A DNA stretch of 64,000 nucleotides from the human T2T-CHM13v2.0 reference genome, Homo sapiens, in assembly GCF_009914755.1 (NCBI RefSeq), contig NC_060937.1, one strand, 5' to 3'. Shown here one piece after another: positions 25,826 to 40,567 of the stretch. The translations under genes were made by a program, and so were the position numbers. Each line of letters opens with the position of its first letter. Positions within the stretch are counted from its first letter, which is position 1. Below the pieces are notes generated by a model. It was given only the letters and a program-made list of their open reading frames with translations. It was not told the DNA's origin and did not search any database.

Positions 25826-26773
25826 TGAAGCAGGATATTTCCCTCCTTTGTGGGACTCATGACAGGGGTGCCTGGTTTACTCAGCCCACCACTCTCAACT
25901 CCTCATAGGAGGGAGTGCAGGAGTAAACAAGGCAAGAACTGGAGTGCACAAGCACTGGAATCGGCCAGCCACTTCGATGCTGGTGAGATCAAAGTTCACT
26001 AGCTCAGACCCTCTGCATTCCACCCCTCACAGGAGGGAGCACACAGGTGAGTGGGTGCAGAAATCAGGGCAAGTGCTTTTAGGCACTGGCAGGAGCAAAC
26101 TTTGTGAGGGCCATGTAGCAGTGTCTAGGTGGGGGTGCTGTGGCCCTCAAAGCCCCTAAGGGCATGTTATAGTGCTCTTTTAGTTCTGCCATCCATGGAT
26201 GGCTTAAGTGTTAATAGCTCAGTGGGCCCTCTGCCTTTTAGCATAGGGCAGCTGCCCTCCACCGGCAAGGGCAAAGATCCAGTGTGACAGCATTTTGTAT
26301 CAGTATTCATGGCTCCCAAGCTCTTGTCTGGCATCCAGGAAAAATGAGGTTGCCTGAATGAATTGAAGGATGGTAAATGTGGGGGATTTTATTGTGATGA
26401 AAGTGGCTCTCATCAGTAAGGGGAGCTGAAAAGGGGACAAGGCAGGTAAGTAATCTTCCCCTGAAGTGTGGCCATCTCTAGCTGGATTCTTCTCCAAAGT
26501 TATGCCATTAAGCTGTCCCTCTGAACTCAAGACACTTCTCTCTGATGTCTAGCTGTAGTCCTGTTTACCAGCTGAGTCTGAGGTTTTTATAGGCACAGAA
26601 TGGGGTGTAGTGGGACCATGGGTGGTTTAGGAAAAAGGCAACATTTGAATGGGAAAACTGGAATATAAGTTCTCACTTTGGGCCATGGTTTCAGGCTTTT
26701 TGGCTTAAGGATGGGATTTTGCCAGGGACCTACCTTTTTCTGCCTAGAATTTCTCTGCCCCCTTTCCCTATCA
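25826..26773 (-). mobile_element. ERV1 solo LTR (LTR1/LTR27/LTR28 group)
   Basis: TG...CA termini; reverse complement starts TGATAGGGAAAGGGGGCAGAGAAATTCTAGGCAG with CCTATAAAAACC TATA box; 4-bp TSD CTAT/TTAT. Confidence 0.85.
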
Positions 26774-27943
26774 TTATGCCAAAATCTCCCTGCAATATTC
26801 AAAATTTCCAATATTTGGATTCATGTATCTATAAATTAAGTTTGAATTTATTTCAGAACACAAAGGGGACATTTTTCAAAGGGACTGTATAACCATGATC
26901 AGAAATGAGCTGAAAAAATTGTAAAGAAATTAATTACAAACCAGAGATACAAATTTTCTCCTTGTTTTTTTTTTTTTCCAGTTGTGTTTAATTGTTTGGG
27001 TTTGATTTGCAGAACAGGATTGCCTCTGCTTCAAATGTAGTTGTTTTCCATATTTTTCTCATTTGATATGATCTTGGGAAAAAAATATAGATATCCCTTA
27101 AGAGAGACAAACAATTCATGTCATGAAAATGGGCTGTATAAAACTGTAATAAATACATATTCAAAGGCATAAATATATGGTAACACATTGCAGCTAAAAA
27201 TCAAATATGTGGTAGGATTTCACTAGGGATAGAAAAAGACTGCATCAAAAGCAATTTACCCTTTCTCTAAAGGCCTCAAATGCCCCACATTCTCAATTCA
27301 CACATCTTGCCTTCTGGACCACTTTTGACATTAAGAATTGGTAATATTTTCATGTGTTCTTGTTTTAAAATCGTGGTGTCCCTTCTAGGCAGGTGGGCAC
27401 AAATCCATATCTCTTAGAGTAATAGCTATTGCCTCACTTTCTCTAAATGCCCAAGACAGGAATTTACATCTTTCTTCTCAGGATGTACAGAATAGATTTC
27501 ATTTCCCACTCCAAATGAAGTTTTATCTTTCTGTCCACAGTGACACTCAGAGGAAAGCTAAGATCACTTTGCTTTTCATGTTTTTCATGCATTTATGCTT
27601 TTCTCAAAGATAAATCTTATCAATACCTTTTAAAATACAACTCACATAATGAAACAATTCTTTTGGCATAACTTCACGTTACAAGTTCTACAATCTTTCA
27701 ATCAGACACCAAATTCTAGGAAATTGCAGTTTAGGTGAGGGCTAGGGATAAAGAAAGCAAAGAAGAACAAAGACCTTTATACCAATAAGGCAAAGGACTT
27801 TGGTCTGCAGCCAAGTAGGATCTTGCTGAGGATTCATCCCTTCAGTTGCACCTGCATCACTTCCTCTGTATCTTGTTTTTTTCCTGAACACTAAGCTACC
27901 CAGACTTCAACTAAGTAAGCTAATTATGTGTTGCCTTTCCCAC

Positions 27944-28324
27944 TGTATTCATCCATTCTCACACTGCTATAAAGAACTACCTGAGACTGGGTAACTTATG
28001 AAGAAAAGAGATTTAATTGGCTCACAGTTTCACACGCTGTACAGGAAGCATGGCTGGGAGGCCTCAGCAAACTTACAATCATGGCAGAAGGCAAAGGGGA
28101 AACAAGCACGTCTTTATGGCAGAGCAGGGGAGAGAGGGAGAGTACAGCGGGGAAGTGCTACACATTTTCAAACAACCAGATCTCATGAGAACTCTATCAC
28201 AAGAACACCAAGAGAGAAGGCCACCCCCATGATTCGATCACCTCCAACCTGGCCCCGCTTTCAACACATGGGGATTACAATTCGACATGAGATTTGGGTG
28301 GGAACACAGAACCAAACCATATCA
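27944..28324 (-). mobile_element. MSTA-type MaLR solo LTR
   Basis: TGTATT...AAACCATATCA; perfect 5-bp TSD CCCAC. Confidence 0.93.
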
Positions 28325-29149
28325 CCCACTAAGTAATAAATTCCAAGTTTATGCCTGGCTCAAAAGTTTCACCTCCATGGCTGGATCATAAGGTTGTACT
28401 GAAAAATTGAATGAAGTCATTTAAGTAAGACTCTTAACACAGTGCCACATAGGGGTTAGTCACTGTCATTATCATCATTATTGTTATGGTTATTATTATC
28501 CTATATATCTCTTGGTTTGTAGTGTTCGTTTTCTTAGCTCTTTATTTCTATTATATACTAACCTTTAAAAATCGACCAAATTTTTCTTTTCTTTCAAATT
28601 TCCAGGGGGAGGAAGAAATTCTTTTAAAAGATAACCTGATATTTTGTTGCATATGATCCAAAAAAATCACCCCATAATTTCAGTTTCTCAATATCTCATC
28701 ATTCCATGAGAAATCAGCCTTATCTCTTCACATGGGAAATATTCATCATTGTATTCAAATAATGACAGATGGATGAATGTTGCAAACAGCTTAAATTTGA
28801 TATTAAATGTTTTCTCAAAGAAATGAAGCAGAGAAAAAGTAGTAAAAGTAATCAGTAAGTAGAATAATTAATTGTCCCTAAAAACTTTGTTGCTTAAGTA
28901 GCAAAAGAAACAAAATTCTACACTTTGTTGAGAAGAACTTCTGTTGAATAAAACTTAATAAGCTAATGGGAAAGTGATCTGGAAGTCAGAGAAAAGTTCA
29001 CTCCAAAAAGATAGAACGCATTGCACTTTACCTATTTGAAGAAAATACCTATGGAATGAATTGAAATACAGTCCACTTAGTCTTTGTGCTGTTATTTAGG
29101 AAAGAATCTGAAACAGACGTGGGTGCCAGGTGACAATCTTGTGTATTGG

Positions 29150-29390
29150 TTAATTGTACCACCTTTAAATTCAGAGAGCCATTGATTCTACTAGCTCTCT
29201 ACTTATTGTCTCCATCTTGTAATAACTAAAGTTGGACAGGCTACTTAATTTCTATGTGCCTAAACATCCTCATCCATAAGATAATAATAGAATTTACCTT
29301 ACAAAGCCAATTTGAAAATAAAATGGAATAATTCATATGAGTTGATGAGAGCAGTGTCTGTCCTATCATAAATAATAAATATTATCTATT
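29150..29390 (+). mobile_element. MIR
   Basis: TTGGACAGGCTACTTAATTTCTATGTGCCTAAACATCCTCATCCATAAG core. Confidence 0.65.
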
Positions 29391-29722
29391 GTTATACCCT
29401 GGCTCCTTTTCAGTTTTATAAAAATAATTAGATGTTTTAGGAGCATGAAATTACTAGCTTTCCAGCTAAAATGTTCTCAAATCTACAAAATACAGAGCTA
29501 CATAAACATGAAACCACTTTTGATAGTCAGTCATAAAAACTTGGACTCAGACTTCTCTTTTTTTTTTTTTTCTTTAATTGGATCTTGGGTTCAGAGTTGA
29601 ATTAATCATTATCCTCAGTTCATGACCCACTAAGACCTTACCAGGTCCCTCTCTTGTCTCATTTCATTTTTATTTTCCCCTTTGTTCTTCATCTCTACTC
29701 TCCTTTCTTTCCTAGCTATCCA

Positions 29723-29748
29723 ACACACACACACACACACACGCACAC
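29723..29748. repeat. (CA)n microsatellite
   Basis: Direct observation. Confidence 0.9.
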
Positions 29749-30524
29749 AAATATACATGATATATTTATATATATAAATGTAGGTTTGAAAAGATGTCAA
29801 GTTTTATGTATGTATGGTTTTTAGTCTACATAGATATTATATTACAGATCTTAATCACCCACATATATTTTATTCAACATTATACTTATAAAATCTGCTT
29901 ATTTCTGTGTATACATTCAGTTCATAGTCTCTGACTGCTGCAGTGTTCCATGCATCCATATGTACATCTGGCAGATTTATGAGCTTTGCTTATATATTTG
30001 AAATACTAATTTCAAAATAGATTTAGATTTTGCAAATAGTTTTTTTATGGTCTCATATCCACATGTTGACCACGTCGTTATCATTGAGCAAAAGATCTTA
30101 TTTTTATGTAGCCAAACCATCTATTATTTTCCTTTATGGCTTCTGTTCTGGAGTTATTATATAAGCAGTACTCTCTGCACCTCCAGCCAAAGTCACAAAA
30201 AAATTTTATATTTTCTTTCAATGGCTTTTCAAAATGAGCAAAGACAGGCACTAGTTATAGTAGCAAGAACAGATTTTAGTCAGTGATACTGTTGCAATAG
30301 GGAAGAGGATCCAGTGTGAACTGAACTCAACTTTGCCAAAACAGAAGCCTGAAGACTTTTGAAAGGCTAGGGTGTACTAAGGGAAAGGCACTATGGGGTG
30401 TGCAGGAGAGTTAGCTCATGGGAGTAGGACATCTGGACTTGTTAGCTTGTGTTTCTCAGGAGGAAAAACACACTTCTCCAATACTTATGATACCATGCAG
30501 TGGTGCACCTAGAAGCAAGACATC

Positions 30525-30803
30525 TGTCTTAGTCTATTTTGTGCTACTGTAACAGAATACATGAGACTGGGCAATTTACAAATAATAGAAATGTATACTC
30601 TCATAGTTCTAGAGGCTGGGAAGCCCAAGATCAAGGCACCAGCATCTGGTGTGGGCCTTGTTACTGAGTCCTCACATGGCAGAGGACAGAAGGAAGGTTA
30701 AGAGAGAACCTCTGTGTCTTAATAGGCAGAAGAGAAAAAGAGAGCAAACCCATTCCCACAAGCCCTTTTATAAAGTCAGTAATCCTTCCATAAGGGTGGA
30801 GCC
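30525..30803 (-). mobile_element. MLT1A/MSTD-type LTR, truncated
   Basis: TGTCTTAGTCTATTTTGTGCTACTGTAACAGAATAC...; breaks off after AGGGTGGAGCC. Confidence 0.8.
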
Positions 30804-30833
30804 AAGAAAAAAAGACATGTTGAGTTTTTATGT

Positions 30834-32131
30834 ATGTATGGGTTTTTTGCTCTGTATGAAATTTAAAGTAGTTTTTCCTAATTCTGTGAAGAAAGTCAAT
30901 GGTAGCTTCATGGGGATAGTATTGAATCTATAAATTACTCTGGACAGTATGGCCATTTTCACAATATTGATTCTTCCTATCCATGAGCATGGAATGTTTT
31001 TCCATTTGTTTGTGATCTCTCTTATTTCACTGAGCAGTGGTTTGTAGTTCTCCTTGAAGAGGTCCTTCACATCCCTTGTAAGTTGGATTCCTAGGCATTT
31101 TATTCTCTTTGTAGCAACTGTGAATGGGAATTCACTCATGATTTGGCTGTTTGTCTATTATTGGTGTATTGGAATACTTATGATTTTTGCATATTGATTT
31201 TGTATCCTGAGACTTTGCTGAAGTTGCTTATCAGCTTAAGGAGATTTTGGGCTGAGACAATGGGGTTTTCTAAATATACAATCCTGTCATCTGCAAAGAG
31301 AGACAATTTGACTTCCTCTCTTCCTATCCGAATACGCTTTATTTCTTTCTCTTGCCTGATTGCCCTGGCCAGAACTTCCAATACTATGTTGAATAGGAGT
31401 GGTGAGAGAGGGCATCCTTGTCTTGTGCTGGTTTTCAAAGGGAATGCTTCCAGTTTTTGCCCATTCTGTATGATATTGGCTCTGGGTTTGTGATAAATAG
31501 CTCTTATTATTTTGAGATACGTTCCATCAATACCTAGTTTATTGAGCGTTTTCAGCATGAAGGGGTGTTGAATTTTGTCAAAGGCCTTTTCTGCATCAAT
31601 TGAGATAATCATGTGGTTTTTTTTATTGATTCTGTTTATGTGATGGATTACATTTATTGATTTGTGTATGTTGAACCAGCCTTGCATCCCAGGGATGAAG
31701 CCAGCTTGATCATGGTGGATAAGCTTTTTGATGTGCTGCTGGATTTGGTTTGCCAGTATTTTATTCAGGATTTTCACATCGATATTCATTATGGAAATTG
31801 GCCTGAAATTTTGTGTTTTTTTTTTGTTGTGTCTCTGCCAGGTTTTGGCATCAGGATGATGCTGGCCTCATACAATGAGTTAGGGAGGATTCCCTCTTTT
31901 TCTATTGTTCAGAATAGTTTCAGAAGGAACGGTACCAGCTTCTCTTTGTACCTCTGGTAGAATCTGGCCATGAATCTGTCTGGTCCTGGACTTTTTTTAG
32001 TTGGTAGGCTATTAATTACTGCCTTAATTTCCGAACTTGCTCTTGGTCTATTCAGGGATTCAACTTCTTCCTGGTTTAAACTTGGGAGGGTGTATGTGTC
32101 CAGGAATTTATCCATTTCTTCTAGATTTTCT
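30834..32131 (-). mobile_element. L1PA internal ORF2 fragment covering the reverse transcriptase domain (non-functional)
   Basis: Translations include [37 protein letters not shown] and LSLFADD; frameshifts; no poly(A) or TSD. Confidence 0.95.
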
Positions 32132-32289
32132 TTTTCAGATATTTTTATACAGGTTTTTACGTTTCTTGTTTCCTCCAAATCTCATTTATTCTTTTATATT
32201 TCCATCTCTTTGTTTCTTCCTCAGGCCTTCTTTAAGAGTTCTTCAATCTGATTTTCTAACTCTTTAGTGTTCCCCCCCCCCGCCCCCCG

Positions 32290-33460
<1,171 letters not shown>

Positions 33461-34651
33461 AGTTTGTTTTTCTGCTGTGCCACACTGCTATTTTATACCT
33501 CTGCTGAGTTATTTCAACTGAAGTATTCATGTATCCAATATCTCCAATTGATTTTACTCTATAGCTGCTTATTCCTGTTTCATACTTCTAATATCTCTCT
33601 ATTTGGGGGAATATTTACCAGACTAGTTTAAAAATCTTGTCTGTTTTGTCCTTTTATTCTAATTCAACTGGTTTCATTGTTTAATTTGCTCTCTTTTTTC
33701 TGTTACAATGCTTGCAACTATCCAATGTCTATTTTTCTTGGGAGAGCAGTCTGAGTATATCAGCTATTGAAAACCTAGAGAAGGGTCTGTGCCTGTCCTG
33801 GTAAGGAAAGGGAGTAGGTACAACAACGTAGACTTCTGTTTTCATTACCACTGGGTGAACCTGAATCTCAAACCTTAGTGAACCTCTCTGTACCCACACG
33901 CTCCTTTCCAAGAGTTGCCTTCCTTAACACAATCTCTTGCCCACAGACAGATGTTTGGAAGGCAATGGGAGAGGAAAGCTGTTCAGGGTCTGGACTACCC
34001 CACTGGATCTGTTTTTGCCCGGCTCCAGCGTCATCCTGGTGTTACGCCACACCAACACCTCACACTGGCTCTGATGTGCTTCTGTTGTTTTCCACATTAC
34101 ATTAAGGACACAGCACACCACACTCAACCCAGAGCAATGTGTGGTATTGCCAACTGATTTCTACACATTTCCATGAATTTCCTAAAGGTATCTGTGGTAG
34201 TGAGAAAAGAGGCTTTTTAATTTTTTAATCTCCATAATCAATTGGATGGCTAATTTTCTATTTTCTTCAGGCTAAATTTAACCTAGTAATTTATGAACAC
34301 CTTTCCACAAATGTCAGTGTAAGCGATAAAAACGAAGCAGTGTGCACAGAATTGTCTTCAGAGCAAGTGTAGGGCAATTATAACATGAATACTGCAATAC
34401 GGTTTTCCCTTCACACCTCTGGCTATGTATTTTTTTTGGCATTTTTTTTTTTTTAGTGGCTTCTCCTTCATCTCAAGAGTTTCCTCTTCTCACTCTATGC
34501 GTTCTCTTCAGCTGGATTTAATCATTACTTATCTTTTACCTGCTTTCTGTAATATGTTGACTAATGGGTTTCCTCAGCCCAGCACAGTGATCTAAACTCT
34601 ATCTCGTATCTACATCTGCCTATTTAAGACATCTTTGCTGAAGATCTCAAG

Positions 34652-34755
34652 CAGGACCAGCTTCATGGGCATGCAACTTTTGCAATCACAAGGGACTCAT
34701 GCTGGCTTCATCTTGAAATTTAAACAATGGCCCTGCAAATGACACAGCCAGTCCT
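34652..34755 (+). mobile_element. MER91-like hAT MITE, internally shortened
   Basis: CAGGACCAGCTTCATGGGCATGCAAC...GGCCCTGCAAATGACACAGCCAGTCCT with inverted termini. Confidence 0.7.
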
Positions 34756-35947
34756 CATCTCAAAGTGATGTTAAGTATAACATGCCTACATCAACTTTCT
34801 CCCCTAAAACTTCTCCTTTTTCAATGTCTCCCCTGCACCAGGTCAATAAAGGACAGCTTTTCATTCAGATTCCCTTGCTAGCACACAGGACTAATCCCCC
34901 TTGGTCCCTGCCTATTCCTCATATAACAGACTATCAATCTTCAGGAATTCTGAATTTTTCCTAAGCAACTCTATGCATCTGCTTCTTTGTTACCACCTAC
35001 ATCAAATGAGCTTCTTCTATAGTCTAAACTGCAGTAACTGCATACCTCACCTCCTCACCTGTACTTCTAGTGCCCTGTTTCATGCTCCTACATTCTCTTC
35101 CCTGTAGGTGCAGTGATCAGTGGTCTTTCAGTAAAAAGAGGTTTACAATCTAAAGGGAATATAGAAGACAAAGATCACTGTAAAATGAGATAGTCTGGAA
35201 TACATATTAGATAGATGAATAAATAATACACTGTAGCACCTGAAAGGAAGATATCTCTAATTGTGACTGATGAGGGGGAGGGTTCAGGAAAGGGAGGATG
35301 TTTATTTTAATATTATAAGGTTTCAATATATTCATTTAAAAGATATTTTAAGTATTTTATCTAAACACCTTTTCTTCTTAAGAAAAAAACCCAGTGTCTA
35401 ATCTAGATTCCTAATGGTGATTAATTTTATATACCAGATACCAACCACTTAAAATATGTCTTTCCACCAATCTTTCTCCTACAATTCATTCTTACATTGT
35501 TGCAAGATTTTACTTTCCATAACATAGATTATGCCACTTTGCTGCTTAAATACTCCCACAATGAGTACACGATGAAGTCCATCCTCATTAGAGTAGCATG
35601 TATGCCTTTCCACCAATGGATTTCAGCCTCCTTTCCAGCCTCTTCCCAGCTCCTTGTTGGTGCCTCCATACATTAACCATTGTAGTAACATTCTGTATTA
35701 ACCACTGCATATCCAAGAAAAATGCCCTGCTCATTTTCATGGCTAACTCTCCATGGGCTGTTCTCTATCCTGGAGTGTCTTTCTTATCTTTATCTATCTG
35801 GCAAGCTCCTACTGTCTTTTAAATTTTTTCTCTTGCACCACATTTCTCTCTGCCTCTCTCAGCCATCACCCACCTGAGGAAACAAATTGCTCCTTCAATG
35901 ATGTTCTATAATATTATACTAATATCTCGATTATAGTATTTATTATA

Positions 35948-36121
35948 TTGCATATTGTCAATTTTAAGATGTGCTTTTTAAAATTTTACATTTTAACATC
36001 TCTGAAATCAAGAGGTCTCTTATAATGGCAAAAGTGTTATTATTTGGCATAATTTTTCAGTGTCAAATAAAATAATGATGCATCTTACAATTGAGGGTGT
36101 CTTAGACTACATGAAATATGG
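35948..36121. mobile_element. MER104-like TcMar-Tc2 fossil
   Basis: TTTTAACATCTCTGAAATC...ATAATGATGCATCTTACAATTGA...ATGAAATATGG followed by TA. Confidence 0.65.
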
Positions 36122-36519
36122 TAATTCTTTATTATGAGTCTTCCTCTCCCTGTAGACTGTGAATGCCCATGTATGGCAATACTCTTATTCACATAATGCC
36201 TAATACATAGGTATCCCATAAATTTAAAATTGTCTAATTGAGAGGGTGGTACACTAAAGCATAGAAGGTAGAAGAAATACTAAAAAAGAGCATAACTTTT
36301 GTGGATTCTGCGTAATGTCTGTGGATTCTAACATGAATTTTCCTGCTTTGATATTGTACTATAATTGTGTAAGATGCTACCATTGACAGAAATACAGTTA
36401 AGGCTACATAGGATTTCGTGATATTCTATTTGGCAATTTCCTGTGAATCCAGAATCATTTTAAAACAAAAGTTTTAAGGTAAAAAATTACATATAAACTA
36501 CACACAGAGAGAGATACAC

Positions 36520-36662
36520 TATATATAGGCTCTAAATATATATAATATATGTATTATATAATCTAAAACCTTTATATATAGTATATGACATATATGATTT
36601 ATATATGTATCATATATATGATATAGATGATATAAATATATGATATATATATTTATATATAA
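36520..36662. repeat. TA-rich low-complexity tract
   Basis: Degenerate (TA)n/(ATATG)n. Confidence 0.85.
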
Positions 36663-38301
36663 TCTAAAGCCCTTTTAGTAATTAATTCACAGAAATCCAT
36701 TTTAAAAGACAAAATAGTTTTGACATCATTGTAGACTGAAATCAGTGTCATGTAAGTGCTCAATAACTAGTTATGATTACAATTTTACTTGTTATTGACA
36801 TGACCTTGACCGACCAAAGTTACCTTGTTCATGTAATTGGCTAACAGAATTCATAGGGTGCCTATTCAGAGCCTCTCAGCATTACCAGATAGTCTCTATT
36901 CCTTGATTCTATGACTTTTTTGTGCCTCTCAAAAAATAAGTAATGCCACTTTTAATTTAAAAAAAAGTGGTCCCATCACATCTCAGTAGTGAAAATTCAC
37001 AGTCTGTGTCATAGTTAAAAGTCCAAATCTCATTTAATGTTAAAGCTTTGTGCACTGGTTGGAACTGCTGCAAAAAGGGGGCCAGTGACTTCTTTTCTGT
37101 TTACTAACCTTTTATTTATATCCTTTGCCCTCTTTTCCCTCCAAAATGCTTCTGGATTTCTAGGTTAGTGGGGGAGACAGAGCAGGTAATAGGTAGGAAT
37201 GGGTTTTACTTGACTGACAATAAGGCAAATGGCGATGGAGACTTCTGAGGTTGGACAGTTTTTAAAGTCAACACTCTCCGGACTCTGCACATGGGCAAAG
37301 CTGACTCTTCCTCACTGGCACCTTAGTGTGTTTCTCAGGTGTGGGGCTTCCTGGTAGCTCTCTTGGCCAGGACAATGTTTTCTGTGAAATGCTGAACATA
37401 GCTATCCCTCAGTAAAGCCCAGTTTCTCTCTCTTTACTCTGCCTCTTGCCTTTGAGCACTCACCTAAGTCAACACCAGCCCCTCAATTTCAGGATCATTG
37501 TCAATCTCCTCAAATAATCTTCTCAAAACCCTGCCTCTTACAAGGCTATGGGTAAGGGAGAAGAGGTCCTCCCTTTGAGGGTCAGGAAAACTGAAAATGT
37601 CACACTACTTTAACATTTTCCAAAGATTAGCCTCTTTACTCTCCCACTTTGACACTTTTCATATTTTTGAAGTTAGTATTGGCTGAGGCTTATAATATTT
37701 GTGGTCTTCCAGCTCCCTTACAAGTCCTGCACTGTCCTAATTTCTCCATCATCTGGGGTATAAGGGCCTTGGCCAAAATGTAGGTAGAAATATTCCCATA
37801 TTTATAGCCACCTCATCAATGTATTATATGAAAAAAGGCATGAAATTTTAGATATCAAGAAATTCCTTTTCTAATAGCAAATGATTTTTCAGGACAAATG
37901 ATTGTTAAAATAATAACCAGGAACTTTAGAAGATCAAAATCTTTCTTTCCAAATCATGTCATGTATTAGTTTAGGATACTTCATCATTTTAATGTGTTCA
38001 AGAACATCTATATTTCTGTCAAATATGAAGTGAGAAAGCTTCAATGGAAAATTAAATAAAATTACATCAAATAGTGTTAACAAATATGTACGTGATAATA
38101 CAAGTTACTAATACACTTTAGCTAATATTCTACTTCAAGCACTGTTATTAAAAAGAATATGTCCTCAACAATGGTACCCCACTGATATTTTAAAATTTGA
38201 GATGTAAACATTAAACATGTTTTAAAACATGCCAAATAAAGTCTATGTATTCATATATTTGTGGATGAGTTCACATCTATTTCTGCAAAGGCTCGTGTAT
38301 A

Positions 38302-38344
38302 TGTGTGTGTGTGTGTAAGTTTGTGTGTGTGTGTACGTGTGTGT
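38302..38344. repeat. Interrupted (TG)n microsatellite
   Basis: Direct observation. Confidence 0.88.
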
Positions 38345-38519
38345 ACTTTACTCCTAAGGTATACTGATTTTTTAAGATACCTCTCTGAAGTGGCTTTGTA
38401 TAATTTTGATGATCTTGTTTAATAAGGCATTTAAAAATAAAACAACAAATCTGAATAAAATATCCACTCTTTAAAGTCTAAGTCAAAGGCTACACACATG
38501 GAAGGCTGAAAAATAACCA

Positions 38520-39100
38520 GCTTTTAAATTCTGTCCTTTCAACAATATAACTGCACTTTCAAATGTGCTTTGTTGTTTTCTTTTAATTCACTAAAATTAA
38601 TCTTATAGATGTAGATGCCAGATTTGCATTAATTAAAACTCTACTGTAGAAGCCAGGCTTAATTGCAATCAAATTTGCTTAATTATGCATGGCGAGAGAT
38701 TCCCAAACGAGAAAGGTTTTAGTAAGGATTTTGGTTTTTTGCATTGACAAAATAAATTGAAATTGTCATTTTTTTGTGTTTTATGTAACACTTGTAAATA
38801 ATTTGTGGAGCACCTTAAGTCTTCTATGTAAAGCAATGTTATTGCTTAAGTAATTACAACAATCTGCATTTTTCATTGTTAATTGTGGGTGTCAGACTCA
38901 TTAATTTTAATTTACAGACTGTAATGAAATTAAGAAAATTTTGTGCTGATCTGCTGAAACTTGTCTTACAGGAAGTTGTTTAATACAACTAAAGTTTTAA
39001 AAAGTCAAGCCTCATTTTTATAATTTGTACTTTAACCAATACAATCATTTTACAACAGTTTTTCAGGAAAATTTGGCTTCAATACAAAAAGACAAACTAT
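38520..39100. promoter_or_regulatory. Candidate conserved non-coding element / developmental enhancer
   Basis: No recognisable repeat; octamer ATTTGCAT 38622-38629 abutting TAATTA; TAATTATGCAT; CATTGTT/AACAAT; TGACA/TGTCA. Conservation not verified. Confidence 0.45.
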
Positions 39101-40267
39101 ATGAACAATTTTGGCTTAAAACAATTATGTTTCATGTACAGCAATATTTTAAACTATAATTTATATTTAATTTAAAATTATATTTTCTGGTTAAAGAAAA
39201 TCTGCAAACATTAGGAATATAGTTTCAATTTTATTTTGTCTGTTTTCTATAGGGGATTATGTTGTTGGAGGAAAAAAATGTTACACAAAGACAGACACAA
39301 TCGAAAATCAATTTAATCATTCTTAGATCAATAGATTATCAGTGCATTATTTAACACAGTTCAATGAAAATTATCCATGGTTATTTTGTCTCAGATATCT
39401 GTCATATGTCCATAGCTTTAAATACTACATCTGGAATCTCACCTAGTTTTTCAAATGTAATTGAAAACAAAGTAATTCATTTAAAAATTAGTAAAGCATA
39501 CAATTTAAATAAAGTTAATGACAAGGAACAATGTAAATCTTTTTTATTTTCATGTTAAGACATTGAATTTTGTCCTTGAAAGCTGTTTAAACTTTAACTG
39601 GTATAAGTATTAATATAATAATATAATGGAAACAAAATATCTTTCATGCTTATTTAGTAGCAAGTTAACTTTTAGGGAAATTAGCTAAAGAGCCTTCATC
39701 TCAATTATTATTCATCTAATTAAAAATTCTAAAACGATTACTATAATTCTGCTTAAAACCAAGCATGAAACTTTGGTAGTAAAAAACACAATTGTTGAAT
39801 GTCTTAAGAAGAAAATGACAAAGTGAAGATTATTCCATAATTAAAGCTAACCTTTAATTACTGGTCTTTTAAAATCAAGTTATTCTGAAGAGGTAAAATA
39901 AACCATCAAAAGGGTCTTGGCAGTGCATCACTGCATGTAATACTCTTCTACATGTTATTGGTGGTGGCTCAATTTTTTTTTCTCTTTATTAACTCAAGAG
40001 ACATAATAGAAGCAGGGAATGCTTAGGCAGAATACCAAATACACAGATAAATAGGTACCATGCATCTAAAGGAGTTTTCCCATAATTTATAAACAATAAG
40101 AAGACAATATAGTCCAGTGTTCAACAATTTAATAGAGAAAATTTAGAAGAGTAATTTTTCCTCCAAAACTCTCATTTGAGGACTACTTTTGTATTTTATT
40201 TACCCTGATATAAGCCTCAAACTTTGTTAATTTTTTTTATTTATTCACAAGAACATTTGATTACTAT

Positions 40268-40269
<2 letters not shown>

Positions 40270-40313
<44 letters not shown>

Positions 40314-40567
40314 AGACGGAGTTTTCTTCTTGTTGCCCAGGCTGGAGTGCAATGGCGTGATCTCGGCTCACCGAGATTCCTGCCTCAGCCTCCCAAGTAG
40401 CTGGGATTACAGGCATGTGCCACTATGCCCAGCTAATTTTGTATTTTTAGTAGAGATGGGGTTTCTTCATTTTGGTCAGGCTCGTCTCGAACTCCCAACC
40501 TCATGTGATCCGCCCGCCTCAGCCTCCCAAGTGCTGGGATTACAAGTGTGAGCCACCGCACCCGGCC
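40270..40567 (-). mobile_element. AluS (Sp/Sq-like) with internal deletion and 43-nt pure poly(T)
   Basis: CTTGTTGCCCAGG and CAATGGC diagnostics; GGCTCACCG joined to AGATTCCTGCC; T43 at 40270-40312. Confidence 0.95.

Noticed and set aside
31178-31789. 203-aa ORF with reverse-transcriptase motifs as a novel RT or retron-like system
   Set aside because: It is ordinary L1 ORF2 sequence in a frameshifted fragment with no promoter or partner gene
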